Below, in pieces: positions 43,597-53,732 of a DNA stretch of 64,000 bases; within the stretch, counting starts at the first letter, position 1, and the number at the start of each line of letters is the position of its first letter. The DNA comes from Candidatus Anderseniibacteriota bacterium (GTDB taxonomy: Bacteria > Patescibacteriota > Andersenbacteria > UBA10190): contig JBBDZC010000008.1 in assembly GCA_040900375.1 (NCBI GenBank), positions 2,182-66,181 on the forward strand, written 5' to 3'. The translations under genes were made by a program, and so were the position numbers. The notes under the pieces were generated by a model. That model did not search any database, was not told the origin of the DNA, and worked only from the letters and a program-made list of their open reading frames with translations.

Positions 43597-44430
43597 ATGT
43601 TGAGAACCTCTCTTACTGATATAGCGTATCTCAAGCGTGTTTTGCACCAGGCGGACTTTACCCCGGCCCGCAGTGCCGGCCAAAATTTTCTTATCTGCGC
43701 CGAGGTCACTGAAGCAGTGCTGGCAGCGACCGCCGCGGGGCCATCGCGCCTGACTGAACTCGGTGCGGGCATAGGTCCCCTCACGCAAGCTTTGAGCGAA
43801 GCTGGTAAATGGGTGCGGGCGATTGAACGTGATCCCCGCTTAAGCACTATTCTGAAAGACCATCTGCCGAAGAAGCGCTACCCTCATCTGCAGGTGATTG
43901 TGGAAGACCTGCGCACCACCACCTGGACGTGGGCCAAGCCGTACCAACTAGTGGGTAACATTCCGTATAATCTCTCGGGCTTCATTCTCCGCCGTATAAC
44001 CCAACTGGAGCCTGCCCCCTCGCAGGTTGTCTTGCTCTTGCAGCAAGAAGTGGGGGAGCGCCTGCTCGCCACACCACCCCACATGCAGCTCTTGAGTGTC
44101 GCGGTGCAACTCTGGGGAACCGTGCAACTGCTGCTCAATGTTCCCAAATCGTGCTTCTGGCCCGCGCCGCTCGTTAACTCCCAGCTTCTTCTGCTCATGC
44201 CGCACGCAACACCTCTTGTGCCGTCGGCAGAGCGAGAAGCAGTGGTCGGCCTAGCGAAACAGTTTTTCCAGCAGCGACGCAAACAGATTGGTGGCACCCT
44301 GGCCCACATTACCGGGCAAACAAAAATGGCTACCGGCGCGGCGCTCAAGCGGCTGGGCATAGCACCCACGCAGCGCCCCCAGGAACTTTCGCTCGCGCAG
44401 TGGGAAAAGCTCTACCGCTACTTAAAGTAG
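43597..44430 (+). CDS. rsmA: 16S rRNA adenine dimethyltransferase KsgA
   Basis: GQNFL, ELGAG.G.LT, IE.D, NIPYN, F.PAP.V.S, FQQRRK. Confidence 0.93.
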   Translation: MLRTSLTDIAYLKRVLHQADFTPARSAGQNFLICAEVTEAVLAATAAGPSRLTELGAGIGPLTQALSEAGKWVRAIERDPRLSTILKDHLPKKRYPHLQVIVEDLRTTTWTWAKPYQLVGNIPYNLSGFILRRITQLEPAPSQVVLLLQQEVGERLLATPPHMQLLSVAVQLWGTVQLLLNVPKSCFWPAPLVNSQLLLLMPHATPLVPSAEREAVVGLAKQFFQQRRKQIGGTLAHITGQTKMATGAALKRLGIAPTQRPQELSLAQWEKLYRYLK

Positions 44431-44486
44431 GGAAAGCCCTGCATAGATTTGTCACTCTGCGGGTGATATACTCGGCATAAGGTCAT

Positions 44487-45449
44487 ATGCCCAGACGTCT
44501 TATCATTGGCATTTTAGTGGTGTTGATCCTTGGTATTATTGGCGGTACCGTGGTTTTAATTGTGCAACGCTTTCGGGGAGAAGAGGACGGGGAATTGGCG
44601 ACTCTCCCGGACACCCTGCCGACCGCGGAGCAAGGTCAGCAACAGATCGTTAATCCGAATGGGGATGATGACAATGATGGCCTGACGAACGCCCAAGAAG
44701 TAGTATGGGGGACTGACCCCCGCAACCCCGATACGGATGGCGATGGTTATACAGATGGCGAGGAAGTCGCGGCGAACCATAACCCCACCATTCCGGCGCC
44801 AAATGATTTACTGCCGGCGGGTTTTACACCGGGGCAAGATTTACGTCCTCTCGACGAAGCTCCCTTGCAAGTTGACCAATTTTTCGTCGAGAACCTTAAT
44901 GTTCAGCCCGACCCCCGCAACCTGACCGAAGAATACAACCGGCAATTTTCCCAGGCCGAGCGGACGCAAGAGACGCTGGTAACCTTTGCCCAGCAGCAGC
45001 CGATTATTACTAATTTACCGGCGCCGCGCCCGGGCGTGATTATTACCACGCAACGTGATTCACAATTAACGCTGGGGCACTACCTCGATACCGCCGGTGA
45101 CCTTGATATTCTCATTAATCGAACAGTCATCAGTGAAGTATTTAAAGATTTATTCGAAAACGACAACCCCGCGACTGCCTTAGGCCTCTCATCAGTAGTC
45201 CGCTCCCACCAGCAAGCCTTGCTGGATCTCCCCGTGCCCCCGGCAGCGGTGGAACTACATAAACTCTTACTCGGCTTTACCGAGCTTCTAGCAGCAACCT
45301 ACGAACAAATGGGTAGCTGGAATGAAGATCCTGTCAAAGCCATGGTAGCAATTAACCAACTCGATACCATTGATCGTAAATATACTCCCTTGATTCGGAC
45401 AGAGATTGATCGCTTAGGACAACTTGCCGACTCACTTGCGCCTAACTAA
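44487..45449 (+). CDS. membrane-anchored protein with DxDxDG (thrombospondin type 3-like) repeats
   Basis: TM; DDDNDGLTN, PDTDGDGYTDGEE; paralog of 47479..48366. Confidence 0.8.
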   Translation: MPRRLIIGILVVLILGIIGGTVVLIVQRFRGEEDGELATLPDTLPTAEQGQQQIVNPNGDDDNDGLTNAQEVVWGTDPRNPDTDGDGYTDGEEVAANHNPTIPAPNDLLPAGFTPGQDLRPLDEAPLQVDQFFVENLNVQPDPRNLTEEYNRQFSQAERTQETLVTFAQQQPIITNLPAPRPGVIITTQRDSQLTLGHYLDTAGDLDILINRTVISEVFKDLFENDNPATALGLSSVVRSHQQALLDLPVPPAAVELHKLLLGFTELLAATYEQMGSWNEDPVKAMVAINQLDTIDRKYTPLIRTEIDRLGQLADSLAPN

Positions 45450-45458
45450 GCGGCACCT

Positions 45459-47456
45459 ATGATGTCAGCATTGTGGGGCGTGTGGAGCATACTAACCACC
45501 ACGTTTGTGATGCCCTTCGCGCTTTCTCTTGAGCCACTCGCCTTAAGCCTGGCACACGACGTCAACTTTCCCCAGTACATTGCGGCCCAATTGCTCTCCG
45601 CCCCCTTTTCTACCGACCCGCGAGCGGCAGCCGGTCACGTGGCGGCGGTGACCACGGGGAGACCTGACCCCCAGGTTTTTATTGTTAACAACTCCCTGTG
45701 CACCGCCGTCGATGACAATTTGTCCTACCAAGTTATTGTCCGCAACTACGGCGATGTATCGGCCGAGAATGTAACGGTTCAATTTCAACACCCCCAGGGA
45801 ACCAACTTCCGCGACGCTGACCCTAAGCCCAGCCGTGAGTTGGCCGTGGAGCGGTTGGTAGAATGGTTTACGCCAGTGCTGCTGCCCGGCGGCTCACTGC
45901 CCGCCCCCGGCGCTTACTTCTCCAACGCTGTTATTATTACGGTTGATACGCCGTCGTCGAGCGTCACGGTTCGGGTAACTGTCTTCTATAATGGGGGGAT
46001 TGTCCTCAGTGACCATACTATTAACGGCACGTGCGGCGTGCCGTTAGTTGCCCCCGAAGCCTTACCGGCTTCACCCCAGCCGGCCATTGTGTGTGATCCG
46101 GGAGAAATTGGCTGTCGCAGTACGGTGCAGGATCTCCGCCTGAAGCTAGGGGAAAACTACTCGCGCGCGCTGACTGATGCCACCAAGGGTTTTGTGAATT
46201 GTTCAGGTGCGGGCTGCAGCCAACCAGATTTAGGGCCTCGCTTCCAGGAGGCTGTCGCAGATATTATCCCCGGTGATTGCCGGGTGATTGAAGACAATGT
46301 TATCAGCACTCCGCAATTTCAAGATGCGTTAAACCGCCGGGCTGATCCCGCGGCGGCCTACCTGTTCCCTCTGTACGAGAGTGGTCAAGATTTTCAAGAA
46401 CTGACAGCAGCGAATGAGCTACTCGGGATTACTCACTTCCAACGTGTCCGCAATCAGTTGGAAGATACCCATAAGGCTAATTGGCGCGAGTTCTTTGAAA
46501 TTATCAACGACGTTTTTACCCAAAAAATTACGCCTGATGAAGCGTTGGGTAAATACAATGCGGCTGTGCCACAGTGGCAGCAACGCGTCGCCAATTTACA
46601 TGGAGGTTTTTTAAGTGATTACCACAGTACGCGCGACCAAAAAAAGGCAAAATTTCAACCGGTGGCTGACACGGCGACTGCGAATGCTAAAGAATCGCTC
46701 CTACTTGCCTGCGGCCCGCCAGAAAATGACGGTGGTTTGGTGGCCTCGCTGCCCGCCGTGCAACTGGCGTACACCACGGCTCTCGACAACCGAGCGGCGG
46801 CGTATCCGGCGACACAAAGTGATAGCTTGGCAAGCTACGGTAATTATCTAGGAGCAGTCGGCGTCAAGTTCGGGCAGGCACTTAACGATTACAAAAATGG
46901 CAATGAAAGCTCTTTACGGGATTTTCCTGATCGTATTCCGCAATTACCCACCACTGCGTACCAGGCTCTGGGGGCGCCTTACGACAACCATGGGAAACTC
47001 GATGAAGAGAGCGATCAAGCGATTCGACTGCAGCAGTGGGAAGTGGCGCTCGATACGCCAAAGGCCCTGGCGACAACGTGCGAGAGAGAAAATGTTTTTG
47101 CCCCGCCCATAGCGACAACCTGGTGTGAGTCGGGTAGTAAACCCGAGTTTATTATCCAAGAAGCGCCACCGCCAGTACGCCGCGATGTTAGGCCGCCGGT
47201 GCCGATCAACGGGGGAATCACAGCAATTAACCCCAGTAGTGTCAGTGGGATAGCCTGCGGCGGGCAAGCGGGGGACCCGTACTGGGAAGCCAGCTGCCTC
47301 TGTCACTGCGGCCAGTCAGTCCAGTGCGGCAATAGCGTTACGTTGTGCGAACTCTGCTATCCTATCACCCGTCATGATATTTTTGTGACTTCGAACCTCG
47401 AGTGTCTCTGGGATGGCCCGCCTGATGGTTTCCGCCACAAAGATCCTTACTTTTAA
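45459..47456 (+). CDS. secreted protein with DUF11-like Ig domain and Cys-rich segments
   Basis: Y.VIV.N.G...A.NV.V....P.GT.F..ADP; many Cys at C-terminus. Confidence 0.7.
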   Translation: MMSALWGVWSILTTTFVMPFALSLEPLALSLAHDVNFPQYIAAQLLSAPFSTDPRAAAGHVAAVTTGRPDPQVFIVNNSLCTAVDDNLSYQVIVRNYGDVSAENVTVQFQHPQGTNFRDADPKPSRELAVERLVEWFTPVLLPGGSLPAPGAYFSNAVIITVDTPSSSVTVRVTVFYNGGIVLSDHTINGTCGVPLVAPEALPASPQPAIVCDPGEIGCRSTVQDLRLKLGENYSRALTDATKGFVNCSGAGCSQPDLGPRFQEAVADIIPGDCRVIEDNVISTPQFQDALNRRADPAAAYLFPLYESGQDFQELTAANELLGITHFQRVRNQLEDTHKANWREFFEIINDVFTQKITPDEALGKYNAAVPQWQQRVANLHGGFLSDYHSTRDQKKAKFQPVADTATANAKESLLLACGPPENDGGLVASLPAVQLAYTTALDNRAAAYPATQSDSLASYGNYLGAVGVKFGQALNDYKNGNESSLRDFPDRIPQLPTTAYQALGAPYDNHGKLDEESDQAIRLQQWEVALDTPKALATTCERENVFAPPIATTWCESGSKPEFIIQEAPPPVRRDVRPPVPINGGITAINPSSVSGIACGGQAGDPYWEASCLCHCGQSVQCGNSVTLCELCYPITRHDIFVTSNLECLWDGPPDGFRHKDPYF

Positions 47457-47478
47457 GGTGTGATACACTTATAGGAGT

Positions 47479-48366
47479 ATGAATGCCACGAATGCCCTTG
47501 GTTTAAAGATGGTCGGGTTAACTAGCGCCATACTTCTTTTATTAGGAGGTTTATGGTGGGGCGGCCGCTACCTGCTGCGACCCGATACCACACCCGCGGC
47601 CACGCCGCTGGCGCAAGGAAGCTTACCTAACGAACGCACTGATAGTGACGGCGATGGGTTGCCCGACAAATTCGAGAGCATCTATCGCACTGATCCTCAT
47701 AACCCCGATACAGATGGCGATGGTGTTAGTGACTATGACGAAATTGCCCAGGGGCGGGACCCAGCCGTGGCGGGTACCCAGGACGAGGTTAAACCGGCGA
47801 CTGGCGAGAACATAACAGCGCTCACGACCTTCACCGAGCGCTACCTCGCGCAACTGCCGACTGCAATCACGCGAGATGACATAATGCAACAAGACCGACT
47901 CGAAGCTTTTGTGAGCCTCAACAAAGGACCGCTCCTCTCCACGCGACCCTCCACGGCAGTGCACACTAGCCCGGCCACCGGTCAAGAAGCTGTTGAGAGC
48001 TATCTTAATAGTATTTCGGCTGTGCACAATGCCCAGTTGCAACCAGTAACCAACGCCGACATTCAACAGGCCGTCACCCTCCAGCTCCAAGGTCAGCCTG
48101 ACACTATTGTGGGAATGACCCATAAGCTCGAGAAAAATTTACAAATTCTCCAAGGGGTAGCGGCGCCCACCGAAGTCGTGGCCCTTCACACCAAGCTCCT
48201 GGCAGCTACGGAATCGCTTCTGGGTAATACCCGCCTGCTCGCCGATATGAAAAATGATTTTGTGGGCGGCTTGATCGGGTCAAAGAATATTGAGGAATTA
48301 GGTCCGGTTTTTCAGCAAATTACCCAGGAAGTACAGGCGCTCGAGACCAAGTACGGCCTGGAATAG
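47479..48366 (+). CDS. membrane-anchored protein with DxDGDG repeats
   Basis: TM; DSDGDGLPD, PDTDGDGVSDYDE; PTEVVALH..LL resembles PPAAVELH.LLL of 44487 paralog. Confidence 0.8.
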   Translation: MNATNALGLKMVGLTSAILLLLGGLWWGGRYLLRPDTTPAATPLAQGSLPNERTDSDGDGLPDKFESIYRTDPHNPDTDGDGVSDYDEIAQGRDPAVAGTQDEVKPATGENITALTTFTERYLAQLPTAITRDDIMQQDRLEAFVSLNKGPLLSTRPSTAVHTSPATGQEAVESYLNSISAVHNAQLQPVTNADIQQAVTLQLQGQPDTIVGMTHKLEKNLQILQGVAAPTEVVALHTKLLAATESLLGNTRLLADMKNDFVGGLIGSKNIEELGPVFQQITQEVQALETKYGLE

Positions 48367-48427
48367 CTTAACGAAATAGTGGGGGCGTGACTACACCTTG
48401 TTTCCTAAAAGTTGTAAACTGAAGCCT

Positions 48428-49963
48428 ATGATCCCTCCTTCACGAGTGGCTAGGTTGAGGTACCGCCAACTATACCGCACCGCCAGCATCAGCCTGCTGG
48501 GCGCCGTGGTGGCTTTACTGGTACTCCTTACGTCGCCGGTAGCCCGCGCTGACCCACATGCCCTCTTCTACACCACGGTTGGCCAACAACAGCTCTTCTT
48601 TAATACACTCGCCGCACTCGATCAGGCGGATTACGTAGAGACCGAGCAGTTGCGGCAGCAGCTCGTGGACGCACGCCAAGCAGCAGCTGAAGCTAACCGG
48701 GCGGGAGAAACTTTCACCGGCATTACGGAAGACCCGGTGATTAGTGAAACACGCACGAACCAGCCAGCAATTTTAACGCGTCCCCTGACGCTTGAAGGAG
48801 ACGATGCGTATACCGCCCAACAAGCTTATAACCACGCCATTGAAGTGGCGCGGCGCACTGCTGTTACTGATCTTGTCACCCGCGTTTTCTGCCAACGAGC
48901 ACTCGGCCGCGAAAAATGTAGTGAGCTGGCAGGCGCTGTGGGCAAGCGCAGTTTCGGTTTCGTGCCAGATCCTCTGAAATGGAAAGCCAATGCTTTTATC
49001 CATGGGACGTTGGGGGCACTGCTATCGGGTACGCCGGAAGATGACCAGATACGAGAAGACTTGGTGAAAAATAAAGATAACTATGAAATTGGCCGCATCT
49101 ATGATCCGGCAATTGCCAGCCTCCGCAGTAAAGTCAGTGGTGATGCCGAAAAGGAAAAAATGCTCGAGGCTGCTTTAGAACAAACGGCGCTTTCTTTTTT
49201 ACCCCCGCCCGTGAATGGCAATGTCTACGACGGCTTAGAGATTGATGCCGATGGCACTGTTAACCTAGCGGTGGCACCGGGCGGGAATGGTAATTTGGCG
49301 CTGGCGGCACTTGAGCCCACTGACGCTGGCTACTCGGCGGTCTGGGAGAAAAAAATGTACGAGCTGATAGAATTCCCCTGGATTCTTAAGGTAACTGGCG
49401 AGGCTGCCGCTAAGAACATCGAAACGATTGCGGCCACCCTAGAAGAGCAGGGTGAGGTAGCCGACATCAGAAAACTTGTCGATGGGCAAAAAGTCTGTAC
49501 TGGTGAGACTTGCAAAATCAGTAAGGGTGATATTTTACCCACGATTGAGGTACCGGCAGCGGCCAAGATCGCTCAAGTATACGCCTTAGCTAACGTACTC
49601 GGCACACTCGACAGCACGATCGTGCACGCCGTGCCGGATACTATTGCCTCGCCCGCCGGGCAGAACCGCCTGGTCAAACAAACCGGTTTAGTGGAGGGTA
49701 TTCAAACCTCGGTGGAAGCAGGAGATAGTACTGGCCAAGTCGCCGGCGAGATAACCTTTGACTCGACTGACTATAGCCGCGCGCCGAGCCTGGGGGTGAA
49801 CCCCGTCATTCCGCACCGCGAGAGCGAACTAGCGCATGCGATTGAGGCGCTCTTTCCTGGGTTTGCCAGCGGTACAAATGCCTGCGGCTGCGGGTTGGCT
49901 GAAACAACAAATGATTTTGGCGCGGCCATTTTAGCAAAAATTAACCGCTTTACGCCGCTATGA
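48428..49963 (+). CDS. secreted hypothetical protein (T4SS-associated)
   Basis: Signal peptide ending ARA-D; ATGA overlap with next gene. Confidence 0.7.
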   Translation: MIPPSRVARLRYRQLYRTASISLLGAVVALLVLLTSPVARADPHALFYTTVGQQQLFFNTLAALDQADYVETEQLRQQLVDARQAAAEANRAGETFTGITEDPVISETRTNQPAILTRPLTLEGDDAYTAQQAYNHAIEVARRTAVTDLVTRVFCQRALGREKCSELAGAVGKRSFGFVPDPLKWKANAFIHGTLGALLSGTPEDDQIREDLVKNKDNYEIGRIYDPAIASLRSKVSGDAEKEKMLEAALEQTALSFLPPPVNGNVYDGLEIDADGTVNLAVAPGGNGNLALAALEPTDAGYSAVWEKKMYELIEFPWILKVTGEAAAKNIETIAATLEEQGEVADIRKLVDGQKVCTGETCKISKGDILPTIEVPAAAKIAQVYALANVLGTLDSTIVHAVPDTIASPAGQNRLVKQTGLVEGIQTSVEAGDSTGQVAGEITFDSTDYSRAPSLGVNPVIPHRESELAHAIEALFPGFASGTNACGCGLAETTNDFGAAILAKINRFTPL

Positions 49964-51894
49964 GGAGAGCTGGGTTACGAAAGCGAGTGCTGGGTACAGC
50001 TTGGCTCGTTGCTACAACCTTATATTTACTGACTCCGCCAGCCCAGGCCGTGCAAGTCCCGCCCGACTCGCTGCCACCAGCTCGAGTGGTCGCCGAAGAC
50101 CGCAGCACATTAACGCAGCAAGGCTGTATTGAACAGGTAGTTACCGAGAATATGGTTGATGTGCCGCCGGGCAAACCATATCGCGTGGCGGCGGCCGATC
50201 GTCTGCCGGGCACTCTCTTTTTCTGTGATCCCCAGGTGACCGCTCAACTTACTATCACACAAGGGCAGGTCGAAGGTGCTTTACTAAATGCATTTTGTGC
50301 GAGCTTGGGAGGCATTGTCGGAGGACCCTTGGGAGCCGGTTTAGGATTTTTAGGCTGTCAGGTGGGGGAAGTTGTAGTTAATAAAGTAGGAGCAGCAGTG
50401 GGCGAGACTGTTGCTGGGTGGGCGATTGATGCAATTCAAACACTGCTAAATTTTATTGCGGGTCTTGGTTTGTGGGTGCTAGCTCGAGCTTTAGAACTTG
50501 TTCAGTGGACTTTAGGTGCTAATCAGTTTATTACTAATCCCCTGGTTATCGCCGGCTGGCCGTTTATTCAAGGCCTCGCCAACATGGGTTTTATCCTAGC
50601 ACTCCTCTTTATCGCTTTCTCCACCACGCTCGGGATAGAAAACATGGGCGCGCGGCGGATGTTGCCACGGCTGCTCTTAGCCGCAATTTTGATCAACTTC
50701 AGCCTCATTATTAGCGGCGTCATTATTGATCTCACCAAAGTACTCATGGCAATTATGGCTACCACGTTGAGCCTCGGTGGTTTTTCATTGAACACCGTGA
50801 TGGCTTTCCTACAGCAAAATTCGCGCCTTTTGGAAATTACTGCCCTGCCTTTCGATACAGAAGGACTTAGTGCTGCCACATTGGCATTAGTTCAGATAGC
50901 CACTACAGCGTTGTTGATTTGGATTCTGGCAATTGCAGTAATCTGGCTCGCGATTGGTTTAATTATTCGCTATGTCATACTGGTATTTCTCCTCATTATT
51001 TCTCCGCTAGCATACTTGGCTTTTGCGTTCCCCAATGCGGGTGGTTTGGCTTCCCGATGGTGGCGAGAATTTTTCAAGTATGTCTTCTATGGACCAGTCG
51101 CTTTATTCTTCTTACTCATTGCTGCCCAAATTAATAGCCTCGGCAGTATCGCGTTATTCGGTGGTAGCAGTAGCATACTTCAGGACCTTCTTCTCTGGGC
51201 TCTCATGGTAGCCATGATCTTTGCGGCGGCAATTTTCAGCAAACAAGTGGGCGGCACAGTTGGTGTTATGGCCGTTAATTTTGTGAATAACAGAACAAAG
51301 CAGTTAGGACGAGGTGGTAGATGGGTAGGTCAAAAAGCAGCGGGTGCAGCCTATAAACGTAGTGGCATCAAAGACTTTGTGGATGAACGAAAAAAGTATA
51401 ATGAAAAACAGGAGCAGAAAAGAAGCAAAACATCGCTGGGGAGGCGCGTGGGTCAAGATTTCTATGCTTCACCAAAAAAGCGAGCAGAGACAGCCCAGGC
51501 AAGACAGGCAGCAGAGGATGTTAAAAAGGCTGGCGGTGGAGCTCCAGCTAATCACCCGGTCTTTACACCGCGTAATTTACGAAGTGAAGAAGTTGGTCGC
51601 GCTCTATCCTCACAACAAATTAGCACCATTATTGCTCAACCACCTTCAGCTGATAAATATAAACAAGTTTCCGCTATGGTGCAAAACATTGAAATCGTCA
51701 ATAATATGACAGCTGCGCATAAAGATGACATTATTGACGAGCTTCAAGATTTGTTAATGACTCCTCATGTTCCTGGGGCAGGACCGGCTGCTGTTGCTGA
51801 TCACGAGCAGGCTAAAAAAACAGCGCAACAAATACTAAATGAGTTCCATGCTACCAGGCGCCGTGCAGGTGAGCAGGGTTCTGAGAAAAAATGA
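49960..51894 (+). CDS. VirB6/TrbL-like T4SS inner-membrane protein
   Basis: W.....LAN.GFI..L..IA; LPRLL.AA.LINFS; L.IR...L..L.I.SPLA......P.......WW....K pattern. Confidence 0.82.
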   Translation: MRRAGLRKRVLGTAWLVATTLYLLTPPAQAVQVPPDSLPPARVVAEDRSTLTQQGCIEQVVTENMVDVPPGKPYRVAAADRLPGTLFFCDPQVTAQLTITQGQVEGALLNAFCASLGGIVGGPLGAGLGFLGCQVGEVVVNKVGAAVGETVAGWAIDAIQTLLNFIAGLGLWVLARALELVQWTLGANQFITNPLVIAGWPFIQGLANMGFILALLFIAFSTTLGIENMGARRMLPRLLLAAILINFSLIISGVIIDLTKVLMAIMATTLSLGGFSLNTVMAFLQQNSRLLEITALPFDTEGLSAATLALVQIATTALLIWILAIAVIWLAIGLIIRYVILVFLLIISPLAYLAFAFPNAGGLASRWWREFFKYVFYGPVALFFLLIAAQINSLGSIALFGGSSSILQDLLLWALMVAMIFAAAIFSKQVGGTVGVMAVNFVNNRTKQLGRGGRWVGQKAAGAAYKRSGIKDFVDERKKYNEKQEQKRSKTSLGRRVGQDFYASPKKRAETAQARQAAEDVKKAGGGAPANHPVFTPRNLRSEEVGRALSSQQISTIIAQPPSADKYKQVSAMVQNIEIVNNMTAAHKDDIIDELQDLLMTPHVPGAGPAAVADHEQAKKTAQQILNEFHATRRRAGEQGSEKK

Positions 51895-52397
51895 TGCAAG
51901 ACGATACATACAAAAGTAGGCCAGTGGGATCACTATTAACACGCGAGCGCAGTGAAGAAGAGCGCTACTTGAATGAGTTGCCTGATTTGCCACCAAGTTT
52001 GATATCTCTACTGATGTCAGCTAAAACAGGAGCTTTTATCCGTGGCTTGGTAAGAAATTATGACCTAGCCCTCGAAAAAGCGGCTATGATTGCTTTTATG
52101 GTTTTACAAATCAGCTTTGGTGAAAAAACATTACTACAATTATCTACCATGCTGGCATCTGATCTACAGCTGCCACTTGAAAAAGCACAGTCCATGGCCC
52201 AAGAAATTGAACGTGAACTCTTTGCGCCCATTATGCTGGAACTCAATGCGTATCTCACCCAGAAAAGAAAAATTACAGGCGGTAGCACCAGTACGCCAGT
52301 CTCGTCATCCCCGAGTGCTGCCGGCGGCGCGCGCAATGTGCTGGACCTCAAAAGTCAGCCGCGGCCACCACAGCCACCGGCAATCCCTCAACGATAA
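51891..52397 (+). CDS. helical hypothetical protein of CPR T4SS locus
   Basis: Overlaps virB6-like stop; LP..L...L.S...; Pro-rich tail. Confidence 0.7.
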   Translation: MMQDDTYKSRPVGSLLTRERSEEERYLNELPDLPPSLISLLMSAKTGAFIRGLVRNYDLALEKAAMIAFMVLQISFGEKTLLQLSTMLASDLQLPLEKAQSMAQEIERELFAPIMLELNAYLTQKRKITGGSTSTPVSSSPSAAGGARNVLDLKSQPRPPQPPAIPQR

Positions 52398-52416
52398 TTG
52401 GTAATCTGTACTACGT

Positions 52417-52875
52417 ATGCGCTTCCAAGTTCCCCAATTCGTGGACATCGAGGATAAAATCATCGGGCCGTTTACCCTGAAGCAGTTTTTGATTTATTTG
52501 AGCGGCGTGCTGGGGCTGATCCCGCTGTACCTGATTTTTGATCTCTCGCTGTTTATCACCGTGGCTATTCCCATCATGGGCATCGCCGTACTGTTTGCTC
52601 ACCTGCGTTTCCACGGCAAGAGCCTGTTCGCCGTCATCGCTAACGCCCTGCGGTTTTTCCTGCGCGGCCAAGTATTCGTCTGGCAGCGGACTGATCAACC
52701 CAAGCTCTTGCGGATTGCCGGAGAAGAATACGGAGATTTTTCGCCTGACGCTATGCTCACTATCCCCGAAGATAGCGTTTCGTCGCTCTCCCGCCGCGCC
52801 CGCGCCCTGGAAACCGAAGGCAAGCTTATCAAAGAGGACGCGCCTGACCCGTTGGCGGATGAAGCGGAAGAATAA
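52417..52875 (+). CDS. PrgI/VirB3-like T4SS membrane protein
   Basis: MRFQVPQF.D.EDKIIGPFTLKQF plus 2 TMs. Confidence 0.88.
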   Translation: MRFQVPQFVDIEDKIIGPFTLKQFLIYLSGVLGLIPLYLIFDLSLFITVAIPIMGIAVLFAHLRFHGKSLFAVIANALRFFLRGQVFVWQRTDQPKLLRIAGEEYGDFSPDAMLTIPEDSVSSLSRRARALETEGKLIKEDAPDPLADEAEE

Positions 52876-52953
52876 TTGACAACATGATTCGTTCTATTGA
52901 AAAGCAAAATAATTACAGGTTACAAGTTATCCGTTACCAGTTACCATTTTATT

Positions 52954-53640
52954 ATGTTTGAAATGCAACAGCGTAAAAAGAATAAGCCGTCGCAGCAGTT
53001 AATCCGCATCGCCCACATTCGCGATGGCGTAGCGATTTTAAACGACGGGACGATGCGGGCAACACTGATGGTCTCCTCGGTCAACTTTGCCTTGAAATCA
53101 GAGGATGAACAAAATGCCATTGTTTATGCCTACCAAGATTTTCTCAATGCTCTCGATTTTCCGCTGCAGGTCACCGTCTCCTCGCGCAAAATGGATATCA
53201 CACCGTACCTGGAAGAAGTGAAAGAGCGGCGCAATAAACAGCAAAACGAGCTACTGCGGCTGCAGATGGATGAGTATATTAACTTCGTGGGTGAATTAGT
53301 GAAGAGCGCGGATATTATGACGAAGACGTTCTTTATCACCGTTCCTTTCTCGGTCCAGCAAAACAAAAGAGAAGGATTCTTGGACCGCTTCTTTAAAAGC
53401 GCCAAGGGGGTAGCGGGTAAGCTCACACTCACTGATCAAGAGTTTGAGCACAATCGGGCCCAGCTGCTCCAGCGAGTGGAGCAGGTGGCGGTGGGGCTGC
53501 GGGCCATAGGCTTACGTCTAATTCCGCTGCAAACCCAGGAATTACTTGAACTCTTTTATACCATGTACAATCCGGCCACGTCGCGCAACCAGCGCCTACA
53601 CAACGCCGCCCAGTTGAAAGTTCAAGAAACTGAAGTCTAG
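52954..53640 (+). CDS. T4SS accessory protein resembling the VirB4 N-terminal region
   Basis: IRDG...L..G..RA.L.VSS.NFALKSEDEQNAI...YQ.FLN.LDFP.Q. Confidence 0.8.
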   Translation: MFEMQQRKKNKPSQQLIRIAHIRDGVAILNDGTMRATLMVSSVNFALKSEDEQNAIVYAYQDFLNALDFPLQVTVSSRKMDITPYLEEVKERRNKQQNELLRLQMDEYINFVGELVKSADIMTKTFFITVPFSVQQNKREGFLDRFFKSAKGVAGKLTLTDQEFEHNRAQLLQRVEQVAVGLRAIGLRLIPLQTQELLELFYTMYNPATSRNQRLHNAAQLKVQETEV

Positions 53641-53732
53641 AAGGCTGTCTAGTACGCAATCGCGGGTCAATGGTATGATGAAGTTATGCGGTCTCAAGCA
53701 TGGTTTTTTGTTGTTGATCCTTCATCCTTTCT